From assembly GCA_944326705.1 (NCBI GenBank), contig CALVEY010000006.1:1397-65396 (forward strand): DNA of 64,000 nucleotides, in the 5' to 3' direction. The translations under genes were made by a program, and so were the position numbers. Positions 9,848 to 19,886 of the stretch are shown here, piece after piece; the first letter of the stretch is position 1; each line of letters starts with the position of its first letter. This DNA is from an uncultured Mucispirillum sp. Its GTDB lineage: Bacteria; Chrysiogenota; Deferribacteres; Deferribacterales; Mucispirillaceae. Under the pieces are notes generated by a model. The model saw nothing but the letters and a program-made list of their open reading frames with translations, was not told the origin of the DNA and did not search any database.

Positions 9848-11212
9848 ATGTTTAGATATTTGATTTTAATTATTGCTATAGCTGTTATGCCTTTAACAGC
9901 ATCTGCACTAACGATTGATGAAACAGTTACATTAGCTCTTGACACAAACAATAATATTAAAAGCAAGCAGTATACAGTAAAGGCTAAAGAATTAGCGGCT
10001 GATAATGCTATCCTTATTTTTATGCCTTCTATTGGTGTTAGCTATGATTATGCATATTCATGGCAGGATAAAACAAAAGCTTTAAATACAAAAACAGATG
10101 GCGATTTAGCTACATTAAGTGCTTATGCAAATTTAAACTTATTTAATGGTTTATCAGATTTGTTTGGATATCAGATTGCAAAGCTTGATAAGGATATGGC
10201 AGTATCTGATTTAGATACAGCATCTTACCAGACAATTCTTGATGCTCAGACTGCTTATATTAATCTATTAAAAGCAAAAAGTGACTTAGAAGTGGCAGAA
10301 AGCAATTTAAAATTACTTGAAATGCAGAAAAGAGATGCTCAAATTTCTGCTGATAATGGCTTAATTGCAAAAAATGATTTATTACAGACTGAAACATATT
10401 TAGCTTCTGCACAACTGCAGAAAATTACAGCACAAAGTGCAGTTACGCAGGCTATACAAAGCCTTGAAAAAGTAATAAATAGAAAATTAGACCCAAATGA
10501 AGAACTGATAGAACCAGTTTTTATGGATATTACTTTAGAAAGTGAAGATGTATTAAAAGAAAAAATGTTTGCAAATAGAAGTGATTTAAAAAAGTTAGAG
10601 CAGTCTTATGAATCTGCTAAGAAAACAGAAAATCGTTCATTAAGTGGTGTATATCCAACTATTGATGCATCATTTAGCTTTGCAAGTTATGGTGACTCTG
10701 CTAACCCATTTGCAGGAAACCCTGCTCCAAACGGCACAGATTCTAACATTACTGTTGGTGTTACTGCATCATGGAATTTCTTAACTATTGCATCATCATC
10801 ATTACAGTCAATTTCTAGTAAAAGAACACGTCAGGCACTTGCTTACTCTATTGCTGATACAAAACAAAGTATGGTGCTTGATTTACAAACTAAAATAGAA
10901 AACTACTATACATCAAAAGCTCAGCTTGCTCAATCAATTATAGGTGTGCAGCACGCAGAAGAAAACTACCGCGTTACTAAAAACCTTTATGACCAAAGTG
11001 CAGCAACAATGACAGAGCTTTTAGATGCATCATCATTATTAAATGAAGCAAAAGTTGCTGAATCTAACGCAAGATACAGTGTTATATCTTCAGTATATAA
11101 TTTAGAGTGGGTTATACAGGAAAAACTTCCTGTTCATGAAGTGCAGCAGGATAATGGCACAATGCCTTTAAATAATAATCCAGCAGCACCAGCTAACAGC
11201 CCATTAAGATAA
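9848..11212 (+). CDS. TolC-family outer membrane efflux protein
   Basis: Signal peptide, AGGAG RBS, two OEP-like repeats (AYINLL.A, DLL.TE; AEENY.V....Y...AATMTELLDA). Confidence 0.88.
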   Translation: MFRYLILIIAIAVMPLTASALTIDETVTLALDTNNNIKSKQYTVKAKELAADNAILIFMPSIGVSYDYAYSWQDKTKALNTKTDGDLATLSAYANLNLFNGLSDLFGYQIAKLDKDMAVSDLDTASYQTILDAQTAYINLLKAKSDLEVAESNLKLLEMQKRDAQISADNGLIAKNDLLQTETYLASAQLQKITAQSAVTQAIQSLEKVINRKLDPNEELIEPVFMDITLESEDVLKEKMFANRSDLKKLEQSYESAKKTENRSLSGVYPTIDASFSFASYGDSANPFAGNPAPNGTDSNITVGVTASWNFLTIASSSLQSISSKRTRQALAYSIADTKQSMVLDLQTKIENYYTSKAQLAQSIIGVQHAEENYRVTKNLYDQSAATMTELLDASSLLNEAKVAESNARYSVISSVYNLEWVIQEKLPVHEVQQDNGTMPLNNNPAAPANSPLR

Positions 11213-11229
11213 TTATAATAAAAAGACAG

Positions 11230-11257
11230 GCGGAGATTTAAAATATCTCCGCTTTTT
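11230..11257 (+). terminator. Intrinsic terminator
   Basis: GCGGAGAT/ATCTCCGC stem followed by TTTTT. Confidence 0.8.
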
Positions 11258-11415
11258 AAGATAATTTTTGTCTACATAATTTTTACACTTTTTTTTAAAA
11301 TCATAAAAAAACTACTTGATTTTATCATACATTTTATATAGAAATGATATGAATAAAATTTACATAAGTTTTCAATATTAAATAATATAAATATTTATAT
11401 GGGAAAGGAGTAAAT

Positions 11416-12759
11416 ATGAAAAATTTACTAGAAAAATTAAAAGCTTTTTTCAGCAGAAAAAATGGGGCTGAAACAAGTCAGTCAGGCAGTGAGTCTGCAG
11501 AAAATATTGCAGGTGAAAAACAGCCTGGTCGTTTTAAAAGATTATGTTTAAATATTAAAGCTTATGCAAAAAGAAAACCATCTACTTTTATTGCTATTAT
11601 AGTTGGTATCGTTTTTGTGCTGCTTCTTGTTACTTATGAAGCACTTCACTTAACAAGTACACCAGAATTCTGCGGTATGTGCCACGTGGAAACAGAAACT
11701 GGTGCAGGTGCTGAATATCACACTTGGAAGAAAAATATACACGCTGCTGCTAATGTTGGCTGTATTGACTGCCACGGTAAACCAGGATTTTTTGGCTATA
11801 TGAGAGCTAAAATGGGCGGTATGTATGATTTATACAGTGAAATAGTTCATTCTAAAGAAAACAAAATGGCTATTTTAACAGAAGGTGCTACAAATAAAGA
11901 ATATGCTGCAAAACTTGTTCCAAATGACTGGTGTTTAATATGCCACTCTGATGATGCAAATAAACGCATTAGAGAAAACACATTTATGTCTTTCTTTGGT
12001 GTAAAAATGCGTAAAGTAGATGCAGTTAAAAACCCAGAATTTAGAGAGCTTAACGGCTTAAGAGATATATATAATGATGAAATGCCAAACATTTCTTTCA
12101 GCCACGATAACCATGTTAATACATTAGGTTTAAGCTGTGTAGAATGTCACATGGGTGTTGCTCACGGTGGAGAATTCCAAAACAAAACTAAAATGGAAGA
12201 CTGCTTCACTTGTCACGATGCTGAAAGAGAGAAAAACCCAGAAATAATTGCTCCAGCAAATGATGACTGCGGCACTTGCCACACAACAGTTGTTGCTATG
12301 CATGAAGGCACATTATTATTAGAAGAAGGTGAAGAGCCAACTCCACCATCAATGATGGTAGACCAAGGTGTTTATGGTGCTGAAAACTGTTCTTCATGCC
12401 ATATGGAAGGTGCATTTGATTTACCTACTGCTGCAACATGCGGACCAACATGCCACAGCGAAGGTATGGACTACGGCTTTATGTATGATGACATAAGAGC
12501 TCAGTTTGATGCTGCTAAAGCACCACTTGACACATTAAATATGCAGTTATATGGTGTTCTTGATAAAATGACAAAAGAACAGCGTGCAAAATTTAATGAA
12601 TTTAAAAATTACTATGAAATATTAGTAAATGATAAATCAAAAGGTATACACAACGACAGCATTTATATTAAAGCTGCAGAAAAAGCTACAGCAATAGGTA
12701 ACGAGCTTGCTTCAAGCTTAGGTATTCCTGTAGCTGCACCAGAAGAAGGTCAGGAATAG
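11416..12759 (+). CDS. Membrane-anchored multiheme cytochrome c, NapC/NirT-like N-terminus; 7 CXXCH plus 1 CX3CH
   Basis: One TM helix then TSTPEFCGMCH; CIDCH, CLICH, CVECH, CFTCH, CGTCH, CSSCH, CGPTCH. Confidence 0.88.
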   Translation: MKNLLEKLKAFFSRKNGAETSQSGSESAENIAGEKQPGRFKRLCLNIKAYAKRKPSTFIAIIVGIVFVLLLVTYEALHLTSTPEFCGMCHVETETGAGAEYHTWKKNIHAAANVGCIDCHGKPGFFGYMRAKMGGMYDLYSEIVHSKENKMAILTEGATNKEYAAKLVPNDWCLICHSDDANKRIRENTFMSFFGVKMRKVDAVKNPEFRELNGLRDIYNDEMPNISFSHDNHVNTLGLSCVECHMGVAHGGEFQNKTKMEDCFTCHDAEREKNPEIIAPANDDCGTCHTTVVAMHEGTLLLEEGEEPTPPSMMVDQGVYGAENCSSCHMEGAFDLPTAATCGPTCHSEGMDYGFMYDDIRAQFDAAKAPLDTLNMQLYGVLDKMTKEQRAKFNEFKNYYEILVNDKSKGIHNDSIYIKAAEKATAIGNELASSLGIPVAAPEEGQE

Positions 12760-12792
12760 ATAAGCTAATATCTTTTTTAAGATATAACATAC

Positions 12793-12829
12793 AAGGGGCG
12801 AAAAATATTATGTTTTCGCCCCTTTTTTT
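12793..12829 (+). terminator. Intrinsic terminator
   Basis: AAGGGGCGAAAA/TTTTCGCCCCTT stem followed by T run. Confidence 0.88.
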
Positions 12830-12903
12830 GTTTTTTAGGTTTTTTTGTGTGATTTTGCTTGATTTATTAGGTATATATTTTATAATTAATCTTGGAGTAA
12901 TGC

Positions 12904-14847
12904 ATGACAAAAGATGATAAAAAAATAGTCCGTAATGTAATTTTATTTTGTATTTTATTTTCAGTATTTTTTACAGTTTACAGAGTATCATCACTGCTTG
13001 AGAAAAAGTATGAAGATACTAACCAGCAGGATAATAACACAGCTGTATCTGCTGATAAAAGTATTGAAAATAACAGCACTCCAAAAGGTTATGATAATAT
13101 TAATGATACAAATATAGTGCCGAAAGATAATTATACCCCTGCAGTAAATTATGCACCTGTAATGCAGGAAAAAATATATACTTCAAATGATAATAACAGT
13201 AATGTAATCAACTCGCTTTCTGATTTAAATAAAGATGATAAATCTATTGCAAACCCTTATGATGACCTTGATAATATGCTTTATGATGCTGCAGTAAAAG
13301 GTGATTTTGAAAGTGTCCGCAGATATATAGATATGGGAGCAAATATTAATAGTGTGGATAACAGCGGCAGCACAATTATTTACCGCATGAGCCTTTTAAA
13401 AAATTTATCTATGGACCAGATGAACTGTTTAAATTATCTTTTATTAAAAGGGGCAGATGCTAATAAGGAAAACTATAACGGCTATACTCCATTAACTGCT
13501 CATTTTTCATCAAATCTTTTTAATAAAGAATTTTTAGACAGGCTTTTGCAGAATAATGCAGAAATTAACAGTCCTGATTTTGACGGAGATACACCGCTTC
13601 ATTTTGCAGTAATGAATAATAACTTAGAAGCTGTAGAGTATCTATTAGAAAATGGTGCAAATACTAATGTAAAAAATAAAGACGGCATAACACCGCTGCA
13701 TATTGCTGTAAAAGAAAAAAATTATGATATTACAGGCAGGCTTTTATCAGCAGGGGCAGACAGGAATACAAAAGATATTGAAGGTATTAGTGCCCTTGAT
13801 ATTGTAAAAGCAGGAAATGATGTAGATTTATTTAAACTTTTCAGCATAACTCAGGAAGATATTAAAAAAGATAAGTTACTTGCAGAGCTTCAGCAGTCAG
13901 TAATCAATAATATTTCAAAACCTGCAGTAAAGGCTATAAAAGAAAATGTAGATAAGGGTTTTTATAACAGACCAGTAAAGCAGGATAAAGGAGCATCATC
14001 TCTTGATGGTAAATTTGTGGGAGAAAACCCTACACCACTAATTGCTGCTTTATATTTTGGATATAATGATATTGCAAAAGCACTTATTAATATTGGTGCA
14101 GATATAAATAAACCTAATGATTATCCTTTTTATTCTCCATTAATGGTGGCTGCAGAAAGCGGCAATAAAGAAATGGTTAATCTGCTTTTAGATAAAGGTG
14201 CAGATGTTAACTATCAGTCTAAAATGGATGGTATTACAGCATTAAATGTAACAACTAATGCAGAGATTGCAGATATTATATTAAAAGCAAAAGCAGACCC
14301 TAATATGGCAGCTAATGCATCATGTCTTTCTGCTCTTCAAATGGCTGTTATTAATAATAACTATGATTTAGCAGAAGTTCTTTTAAAATACGGGGCAGAT
14401 GCAAACCATGTAGATTGTAAGGACTATAAGCCAGTAATAGCAAATGCAATAGATACTGGCAACCCTGCAATAGTCAGGCTGCTTTTAAATTATAATGCAG
14501 GGGTAAATACTGAAGTAGGGGAAGATTTATCTGTAAAAGTGATAGATTATGCAAATCAGAAAGGCAATAAAATGATTATAGATATGATTAATGAAAAACT
14601 GCAGCAGTCTATGCCTAAAAAACAGGAAGTAATAGAAAAAGATAATGCATCATCACTTATTAAAAATAATGTAAATATGGATAATAAAAAACCTGCAGGC
14701 AGCAGTGTAAAAGATAACATATCAAAGGATAATAAGTCAGATAATGTATTAATAAAAGAAAATACTGAAACAAAAGTGAACAAAAATGATAATAACTCGT
14801 CAAATGAAATAGATGATATTATGAATAATATTGTTAACGGCTTATGA
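12904..14847 (+). CDS. Ankyrin-repeat protein with N-terminal TM helix
   Basis: Many GDTPLHFAV / GITPLHIAV / SPLMVAA...LLxxGADVN repeats in two blocks; N/D/K-rich linkers. Confidence 0.9.
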   Translation: MTKDDKKIVRNVILFCILFSVFFTVYRVSSLLEKKYEDTNQQDNNTAVSADKSIENNSTPKGYDNINDTNIVPKDNYTPAVNYAPVMQEKIYTSNDNNSNVINSLSDLNKDDKSIANPYDDLDNMLYDAAVKGDFESVRRYIDMGANINSVDNSGSTIIYRMSLLKNLSMDQMNCLNYLLLKGADANKENYNGYTPLTAHFSSNLFNKEFLDRLLQNNAEINSPDFDGDTPLHFAVMNNNLEAVEYLLENGANTNVKNKDGITPLHIAVKEKNYDITGRLLSAGADRNTKDIEGISALDIVKAGNDVDLFKLFSITQEDIKKDKLLAELQQSVINNISKPAVKAIKENVDKGFYNRPVKQDKGASSLDGKFVGENPTPLIAALYFGYNDIAKALINIGADINKPNDYPFYSPLMVAAESGNKEMVNLLLDKGADVNYQSKMDGITALNVTTNAEIADIILKAKADPNMAANASCLSALQMAVINNNYDLAEVLLKYGADANHVDCKDYKPVIANAIDTGNPAIVRLLLNYNAGVNTEVGEDLSVKVIDYANQKGNKMIIDMINEKLQQSMPKKQEVIEKDNASSLIKNNVNMDNKKPAGSSVKDNISKDNKSDNVLIKENTETKVNKNDNNSSNEIDDIMNNIVNGL

Positions 14848-14917
14848 TTTTCTAGTATATATTGCACTTTATAAATTTATATGCTAAAAAGTTTTGGATA
14901 TAGTATAAGGAGATGTT

Positions 14918-15946
14918 ATGGAAAATTCACCAGTTTTAGATAGTAATAATAAGGAAACTTCATTTAAAGCAGAAAAACCAAAAGGCAGATTAAATAAAAA
15001 AATTCTTATTATATGTTCATTAGTATCTATAATAATTATTGCTGTAGCAGCATATTTTATTATCAGCACTAGATATTCAAGAATGATAGAAACTTATATT
15101 AATGCAGAATTAAGTAGTATAGAATTAACTTATGGTGATGATTTTAATTATAACCCATTTAAATGCAGCGGCTTTAAAGAGATTGAGTGCAGCAGTGATT
15201 ATATTGAATTTTATGAGCTTGACCAAAAGTTTTTAGTGAAAAATATTTCTTTTAAAGCTGCACCATTTTTAAAAGAATTAAATATCAGTTCCACTGGCAG
15301 CATTGAAATAAGCTCTGTTGATGCAGAAAAAAATCCAGTATCAAATGATATTATTACATTGAATTTTAACTGCACAGACAATATGACTCTTTTAAGTGAG
15401 CGTTCATTACTTGCTCATAACCTTATGTGTGATTCTAATTTAAATAATATTCATTCAAACCAGCAAAGTGTGTTTTATATGAAAGATGATGTATATTCAG
15501 AGAGCAGCAGTATCATAGGTGTTTTAAAAGCTGTTGCAGAGCAGAATATTGATTTTAGAGACCAGTTGATGAATTTTACTGTAGTAGAATCATCAGTCAG
15601 CAAAATAGAAAGTCCAGCTTTAATGGATGATATAGTTGCAGTAATGCAGTTATTAGTAAAATCTTATACAGATGAAACTATCCATAAGGAAGATATTGCT
15701 GAAATTTATACTGAATTAAAAAATGATTATATTAAGTTTAAAGATTTCTATGGTTATAATAAATATACAAACTTTATGGATAATTTAATAAATGCAGTAG
15801 ATGGTGTGATTTATAATAACCATAACACAATTTCAATGTCTATGATATTGCAGAATAAAGATATAATAGACAGTATGTTTGATTCTGAATATATGAAATT
15901 TATGCTTCCAGATTATTATGATATAAGTATAGAAAGCTCTAAATAA
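14918..15946 (+). CDS. Membrane-anchored hypothetical protein (paralog of 15977-16963)
   Basis: AAGGAG RBS, N-terminal TM helix, four Cys shared with the neighbour. Confidence 0.8.
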   Translation: MENSPVLDSNNKETSFKAEKPKGRLNKKILIICSLVSIIIIAVAAYFIISTRYSRMIETYINAELSSIELTYGDDFNYNPFKCSGFKEIECSSDYIEFYELDQKFLVKNISFKAAPFLKELNISSTGSIEISSVDAEKNPVSNDIITLNFNCTDNMTLLSERSLLAHNLMCDSNLNNIHSNQQSVFYMKDDVYSESSSIIGVLKAVAEQNIDFRDQLMNFTVVESSVSKIESPALMDDIVAVMQLLVKSYTDETIHKEDIAEIYTELKNDYIKFKDFYGYNKYTNFMDNLINAVDGVIYNNHNTISMSMILQNKDIIDSMFDSEYMKFMLPDYYDISIESSK

Positions 15947-15976
15947 TTTTATAAATATTTTATATTTTATATCACT

Positions 15977-16963
15977 ATGAAAAAGAAGCTGATTATTATA
16001 TTTTCTATATTGATTTTTATTGTGTTACTTGTAATAGCTGCCATACTAATCGCATTTCATACAATAGATTATTTTGCAGGCACAGTGGAAAAATCTTTTA
16101 ATATATCATTATCAGATTTAAGTAAAAATATGGGTAAAAATATGTCGCTGTCATATAAACCCTTTCAGTGTTACGGTCAGCGTTCTATTTTCTGCAGTGG
16201 TGATGATATATTATTAAAATATAAAAAAATGAAGTTTGAAGTAAAAGATATAAAGTTTACTTTAACACCCTATTATGATAATGCAGATATATCATTAAAG
16301 GGAAAAGCCGTATATAAAACTATTGTAGATAATGAAGAAAAAACTCTGCCGATGAATTTTGAGTGTTATGGTAATTATCAGCTTCTTGCAGATGAAACTA
16401 TGATAAAAACAAGATACTGGTGCAATACTTATGTAAATTACTTAAAAACACACCAGCAGTCTACAGTTTACTTCCAAAACAAGCATTTTGATGAAAGCAC
16501 TATATATGGATTTGCTAAAAAATTTGATGAAATTATTTTAAATAATCAGTTTCAAAAGGCTGTTTATCCAACAAAAGCTGCCTTAGTTAAATATCAAGGA
16601 TATATAGAAAGCAAAGATTTATTTGAAGAATATTTAAATATTATCAGGCGTTTTGACCCTAACTACTTAAACTCTAAGGAGCAGGCAGCCATGTCCCTTC
16701 CTTCATATAAAACATATCTTTTCTTTATTTCAGTTGTTTTTGGTAAAGAAAGTGCAGTATATGCTGTATATGATAAAGTTATGCAGAGCTTAAAAGATGT
16801 GCTTGAAAAAGATTATAATAAAATAACTGTTACGCTGAGAAGTAATAAAGATGTTCCTGTAAAATCTTTATTATTCAGCAAAAAAGACGCAAAAGAAAAG
16901 GCAAAATATTTTTCAGATAAAAAATATTATACTTTTGATGTAAAAAGCAGCAAGGTAAAATAG
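15977..16963 (+). CDS. Membrane-anchored hypothetical protein (paralog of 14918-15946)
   Basis: N-terminal TM helix; YKPFQCYG...FCS, NFEC, WC, QQS motifs match the neighbour. Confidence 0.8.
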   Translation: MKKKLIIIFSILIFIVLLVIAAILIAFHTIDYFAGTVEKSFNISLSDLSKNMGKNMSLSYKPFQCYGQRSIFCSGDDILLKYKKMKFEVKDIKFTLTPYYDNADISLKGKAVYKTIVDNEEKTLPMNFECYGNYQLLADETMIKTRYWCNTYVNYLKTHQQSTVYFQNKHFDESTIYGFAKKFDEIILNNQFQKAVYPTKAALVKYQGYIESKDLFEEYLNIIRRFDPNYLNSKEQAAMSLPSYKTYLFFISVVFGKESAVYAVYDKVMQSLKDVLEKDYNKITVTLRSNKDVPVKSLLFSKKDAKEKAKYFSDKKYYTFDVKSSKVK

Positions 16964-16967
16964 ATTT

Positions 16968-17531
16968 ATGATAAAAAAACTGCTTATTATTTTGTTATTA
17001 TTAATATTTTCAGCAGCCTGCAAAAATAATAAGCCTGTGGAAAATGATAATCTTACTGCTGATATAAAAGATAATATTTCAGATAATAAAAGTGTTCAGA
17101 AAGAAACTGCAGATGAAACAGTTATTGATATTTTTACAAATAATAATGGGGAAGTAGTAACAAAAATATATAAAATAAACAGCAAAACCATACCAGAAAA
17201 TAAAGAAAATAGTAAAATTTTGCAACTTTTATCAAAATATAACGACAATAAATGTATAAGCTGGATAGCTGATGCTTTAAAGCAGTATAATATTAATGAC
17301 AACTTAGCAGATACTTATATTAAGTATAATGATATCTATTTATATGAGCCTGTTGTTTTGCATATTGGGTTAATATGCGAAAATATTGATGTTATAAATA
17401 TGCTTATTGATTTTGGTGCAGATATTTATGCAGAAGACAGCAGCGGCGAAAATATACTGATGCTGGCAGAAAAAATAAATAATGAAGAAATTATAAATAT
17501 TATAACAAAGGAATATGAAAATGGATTTTAA
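16968..17531 (+). CDS. Lipoprotein with C-terminal ankyrin repeat
   Basis: Lipobox FSAAC; LIDFGADIYAEDSSGENILMLA. Confidence 0.75.
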   Translation: MIKKLLIILLLLIFSAACKNNKPVENDNLTADIKDNISDNKSVQKETADETVIDIFTNNNGEVVTKIYKINSKTIPENKENSKILQLLSKYNDNKCISWIADALKQYNINDNLADTYIKYNDIYLYEPVVLHIGLICENIDVINMLIDFGADIYAEDSSGENILMLAEKINNEEIINIITKEYENGF

Positions 17532-17955
17532 CAGGGATATAGTTGTAGAATATTTTAATGATGTAACAGAAGATACAAAATATATTCGTGAAACTGTTTT
17601 TGTTATTGAGCAGGGATTTTCTGAAGAATTTGATGAAATTGATAAAAAAAGTATCCATCTGCTTTTAAAAGTAAATAATAAAAGAGCTGCAACAGCCAGG
17701 ATTTTTAAATCAGATAACAGCAGCAAATGGACAGTTGGCAGGTTTGCAGTATTAAAAGAATACAGAGGCACAGGGATTGGCACTGTTTTAATGAAAAAAG
17801 TTGAAGAAAAGATAAAAGAGCAGGGTGGTCATGTGGCAGAACTTTCTGCACAAAAGCAGGCAGAAAACTTTTATTTATCTTTAGGGTATATTCCTATGGG
17901 AGATATATATTATGACCAGCATGCTCCCCATATCCATATGGAAAAAGAACTGTAA
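17515..17955 (+). CDS. GNAT acetyltransferase (ElaA/YjcF-like)
   Basis: IRETVFVIEQG, GRFAVLKEYRGTGIG, LSAQ, FYLSLGY. Confidence 0.9.
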   Translation: MKMDFNRDIVVEYFNDVTEDTKYIRETVFVIEQGFSEEFDEIDKKSIHLLLKVNNKRAATARIFKSDNSSKWTVGRFAVLKEYRGTGIGTVLMKKVEEKIKEQGGHVAELSAQKQAENFYLSLGYIPMGDIYYDQHAPHIHMEKEL

Positions 17956-18024
17956 AAAAGACTTTATCAAAAATTATATGTATGTTATAATAAAATATCA
18001 TTATAAAATATATGAGGCCGTTTA

Positions 18025-18708
18025 ATGAATATTTCGTTTATTATCTTATCAATAGTGCTTATGGTGGTATTAGTAGTATTGATAGTATTTTTTATAAATC
18101 GTAAAAGCATAAAAATAAAAATTTTAGAAGAAGAAGCTGCAAAAGGCAACCCAGAAACTCAGCTTGCATTAGGGCTTATGTTTTATTCTGGAGTGCAAAT
18201 ACCTGTTAACAAAGAAAAAGGGTGTGAGTATATAAAAAAAGCAGCAGAAAATGGTAACGCTCAGGCTCAGTATTTATACAGCGGCATTGTTTTAGGTGCA
18301 GACAGCGACCAGTCACCTACTAAAGAGCAGCTTTTAGAGGCAGCATCATGGATACAAAAAGCAGCAGACGGCGGGTTTTTAACAGCAGTTACAACTCTTG
18401 CTAATATGTATGCTGAAGGCAGAATATTACACAAGGACAGTAAAAAAGCTCAGCATTATTTTTTAAAGGCTGCAGAAATGGGCGACCTTCAATCACAGCT
18501 TACAGTGGCAGGCATATATCATTTCAGCATAGGCTTAGATAGAACAATAGGCTATGCCTGGTATAAAGTGGCAGAGCAGAATGGCAACGAGTATGCAGCT
18601 GAGGCTTCTGCTAAACTTTATGAAGAGCTTTCAGATGAAGATAAATCAGAAGCATTAAGAAAGGCAGATGAATATATAAGTAAATATGCAGGCAAGAAGT
18701 TAAACTAA
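18025..18708 (+). CDS. Sel1-like repeat protein with N-terminal TM helix
   Basis: AQxxLG..Y / KAAENGNAQAQY / KAAEMGD repeats. Confidence 0.88.
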   Translation: MNISFIILSIVLMVVLVVLIVFFINRKSIKIKILEEEAAKGNPETQLALGLMFYSGVQIPVNKEKGCEYIKKAAENGNAQAQYLYSGIVLGADSDQSPTKEQLLEAASWIQKAADGGFLTAVTTLANMYAEGRILHKDSKKAQHYFLKAAEMGDLQSQLTVAGIYHFSIGLDRTIGYAWYKVAEQNGNEYAAEASAKLYEELSDEDKSEALRKADEYISKYAGKKLN

Positions 18709-18726
18709 TATAAAAAAGGTGAGCGT

Positions 18727-19155
18727 ATGATAAGAAGATACATTCAGTCAGATTACAGCCCCCTTATAGATATTTGGGAAAGGTCAGTAATACATACTCA
18801 TGATTTTTTAACAAAAGAAGATTATGAGTCAATACGCTCAAAACTGCCTGAATATTTTAGCGATGTAGATGTATATGTGTATATAAAAGCTGGTAAAATT
18901 GTAGCTTTTATGGGTGTATCTGGCAATAAAATGGAAATGCTTTTCTGTGACCCTGATTATTTCAGGCAGGGGATAGGTTCATCTATGGTAAATTATGCAG
19001 TGCAGTTTCTTCATATTAAATATATTGATGTTAATGAATTAAATAATCAAGCAATTAGTTTTTATAAATCAATGAATTTTATGGTAATCGGCAGGCAGGA
19101 ACATGATGTTTTTGGCTATGCTTTACTTCATTTAATGTATAACGGGTCAAATTAA
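18727..19155 (+). CDS. GNAT acetyltransferase (YjaB-like)
   Basis: IWERSVIHTHDFL, EMLFCDPDYFRQGIG, DVNELN..AISFY. Confidence 0.88.
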   Translation: MIRRYIQSDYSPLIDIWERSVIHTHDFLTKEDYESIRSKLPEYFSDVDVYVYIKAGKIVAFMGVSGNKMEMLFCDPDYFRQGIGSSMVNYAVQFLHIKYIDVNELNNQAISFYKSMNFMVIGRQEHDVFGYALLHLMYNGSN

Positions 19156-19157
19156 GT

Positions 19158-19886
19158 ATGAAAAAGTATTTATTATCAGCATTTATTTTCCTTTTTATTT
19201 TTACAGATGTGCTTTATGCAGAAGAATGCAGCCGTCCTGTAATATTTCCTTTAATTTCTAAGCCATTAAATGATACAGGTATGGAATATGCCAACTATAA
19301 CTGGCGTGATAAATTAGGTATGAATCAGGCAGTATATGAAAGCTACCGTATTAGAGAAAACAGTTCTAAAACAATTATAAAAAAATCTTTCCATGCTTCC
19401 CGCGATTTATATACAGATGTGTATAATGATACAGGAAGATACAGTTTTTTAAGCTCTAAAAATTATGTTGTAGCAGTATCAGATGGTGAAGTATTAAGCA
19501 CAGGCAGTTTTTATGCAGGTACAGATGTGGTTACAGTTAAGCATACAACATGTGACGGCAGAAGTTTTATTATCAGATATGGCGAGCTTGATAAATCAAC
19601 CATAAAAGTAAAGCAGGGCGATAAAGTAAAGCAGGGGCAGGTAATAGGCAGACCTGGCTTTCTTTATAAAACAGATGATGAAGGTAATATTATTCCAATA
19701 GATGTTATTGCAGATAAAGTTGTTTTTATGCTGCATTTAGAATATTTTACAGACAGTTCATCAAATGAAGCATATTCAAAAGCATTCAGTGATAACAGGT
19801 ATGACAGGCGAAGCGATATAGAAGACAGCTTAGAGTTACTAGAAGAAGGATATAAAAATTCCTTTGGGGAGCAGGTAGTAAAATGA
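19158..19886 (+). CDS. Exported M23-like metallopeptidase domain protein, atypical (YGEL, MLH)
   Basis: Signal peptide; HASRD (HxxxD), VVAVSDGEV, VTVKH, RYGEL, VKQGDKVKQGQVIG, MLHLE. Confidence 0.75.
   Translation: MKKYLLSAFIFLFIFTDVLYAEECSRPVIFPLISKPLNDTGMEYANYNWRDKLGMNQAVYESYRIRENSSKTIIKKSFHASRDLYTDVYNDTGRYSFLSSKNYVVAVSDGEVLSTGSFYAGTDVVTVKHTTCDGRSFIIRYGELDKSTIKVKQGDKVKQGQVIGRPGFLYKTDDEGNIIPIDVIADKVVFMLHLEYFTDSSSNEAYSKAFSDNRYDRRSDIEDSLELLEEGYKNSFGEQVVK

Noticed and set aside
11316-11328. FNR/CRP box upstream of the cytochrome
   Set aside because: TTGAT-N3-ATCAT has the wrong spacer (consensus is N4)
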